From: Kiritimatiellia bacterium
GTDB taxonomy: Bacteria; Verrucomicrobiota; Kiritimatiellia; CAIQIC01; Lenti-01
Assembly (NCBI GenBank): GCA_017527155.1
Contig: JAFXQI010000042.1
Location: forward strand, 67,600-131,599
DNA length: 64,000 nt
Reading direction: 5' to 3'
The notes under the pieces are model-generated. The model saw only the letters and a program-made list of their open reading frames with translations. It was not told where the DNA came from and made no database searches. A program made the translations under genes and the position numbers. Below, one piece after another: positions 63,062 through 64,000 of this stretch. The first letter of the stretch is position 1. Each line of letters opens with the position of its first letter.

Positions 63062-63940
63062 CTAGGGGGCGAAGACGCGGGTGCGGAAGAAGCGGACGAC
63101 GGCGCGGTGGCGGATGCGGATGCGGTTCTGGTAGGGGAGAAGGCTGGCGGGGGGCCAGTGGAGCATCTCCATTTCCAGGTCCAGCGACGGGGTGTAGCGG
63201 TTGTCGAGGTACCACGCGTAGGCGAGGCCGAAGAAGATGCCGCAGGGCAGGAAGCCGGTATCGCGGGGAACCGCGCGCCACCAGCGGAGGGGCTCGCCGG
63301 GGCGCGGCTGCATCTGGGACAGGTGGAGGCCTTCGGCGAGGTCGCGGTCGCCGAAGAAGCAGTGGCGGGCGCCTGCGGGGCGGAGGCGGATTTCGTAGAC
63401 GCGGCAGGCGGCGGAGGGGTCGTCGAGCCAGCGTTTTTCGTCGATGTAGTCGCCGAGGAGGGATTCGCCGAGGGCGATGGCGAAGTTGGCCATCAGGGTC
63501 TGCGGGGTGGCCAGGGCCTGGGCGTGGAGGTTGATGGTGGAGGTGGCGGGATCGTAGTAGCCCTGGATGTTGTCCCATTCCTGGCTGCGGGTCCAGCGGT
63601 CGGCGGGGACGACGCGGATGCGGCGGACGCGGGCGAGGTGGGAGGGGAGGATGTCGGCGTGCTTCCAGAGGAAGTCTTCGAGGAGGGGCCGGAGGGTGGG
63701 GGGGGAGACGGGGATGCGGGAGAGGGCGGTGCGGCAGGACTCCATGCGGGAAAAGGCGGTGGGGGCGTCGGTGGCGAGGGGGGAGGGGACCGCGGCGTTT
63801 CCGCCGCGGCGCGGGACCTCTTGGCGCGGGACTGCCGGGAGAGCGGGGGGGCGAGGGCGGGCGGGGCGGGGGGAGGCGGAGAGTTCTTCGTAGAGGGTGC
63901 GGAGGGCGGCGGCGAAGCGGGCGGCGTCGTGGTGGAGCAT
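63062..63940 (-). CDS. Hypothetical protein
   Basis: The 292-aa ORF starts MLHHDAARFAAALRTLYEEL. Its C-terminal half (WDNIQGYYDPATSTINLHAQALATPQTLMANFAIALGESLLGDYIDEKRWL) looks globular and non-repetitive. No family recognised. The true start could lie beyond 63940. Confidence 0.35.
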   Translation of the reverse strand: MLHHDAARFAAALRTLYEELSASPRPARPRPPALPAVPRQEVPRRGGNAAVPSPLATDAPTAFSRMESCRTALSRIPVSPPTLRPLLEDFLWKHADILPSHLARVRRIRVVPADRWTRSQEWDNIQGYYDPATSTINLHAQALATPQTLMANFAIALGESLLGDYIDEKRWLDDPSAACRVYEIRLRPAGARHCFFGDRDLAEGLHLSQMQPRPGEPLRWWRAVPRDTGFLPCGIFFGLAYAWYLDNRYTPSLDLEMEMLHWPPASLLPYQNRIRIRHRAVVRFFRTRVFAP

Positions 63941-64000
63941 GACGTCGCGGCGCCAGTGGAGGTGGTGGAAGAGGCTGGCTTCGACGGGGAGGACGCCGAG

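Noticed and set aside
55434-63065. 2543-aa + strand ORF and the 2109-aa minus ORF 55663..61992 overlapping the giant gene
   Set aside because: G/A/V/R-rich repetitive translations of the other frames. Only the 55686..62444 minus frame yields a signal peptide and recognisable GH18, amidase-like and TSP3 domains.

Overview
This is a gene-dense, roughly 70 % GC bacterial chromosomal segment. High GC fills every frame with long, stop-free, R/P/G-rich shadow ORFs, so genes were called by recognisable protein content rather than ORF length. Core housekeeping genes dominate. Minus strand: purA (N-terminal fragment), ruvC, rlmI, rfbA, hisC, scpA/scpB, folK-dapB-dapA, deoA, an ETF-QO-like oxidoreductase with a BtpA-family gene, metY and a TrmH-family methyltransferase. 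Plus strand: tsaE, ettA, ctpA, tsaD, rlmN, a NifU-like gene, an SDR, rnhC, a FAH-family gene, trmB, aspS and a CPA2 antiporter. There are three tRNAs: Leu-CAA and Ser-GGA adjacent to each other, and Arg-TCT with a clean sigma70-like promoter. Accessory content includes a type II secretion secretin plus ATPase pair (gspD-gspE) with a pseudopilin gene 16 kb away. A lower-GC AlbA_2/HATPase_c_4 gene sits where gspF would be expected, next to the tRNA-Leu/Ser pair. There is a giant 2252-aa secreted GH18/amidase-like/TSP3 multidomain protein, and a Ser/Thr-kinase-like-FGE fusion whose two domains both look catalytically dead. Three consecutive secreted proteins of unknown function include a beta-barrel-like one. 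Three features are not explained by ordinary annotation. (i) A family of three roughly 290-aa paralogous membrane-anchored proteins, each carrying its own conserved TTGAC-containing upstream element and each sitting immediately upstream of a housekeeping gene (purA, dapA, deoA). (ii) A family of short AT-rich CTAG palindromic repeats (core ctagatatctag / ctaggtatctagg) at four gene junctions. (iii) A roughly 105-bp GC-rich multi-hairpin interspersed element present in five copies, two of them tandem. Recurrent 1-4 nt stop/start overlaps with GTG starts suggest widespread translational coupling. Because a few of my hand-counted positions disagreed by 1 nt with the ORF track, coordinates derived from the raw sequence may be off by 1-2 nt.
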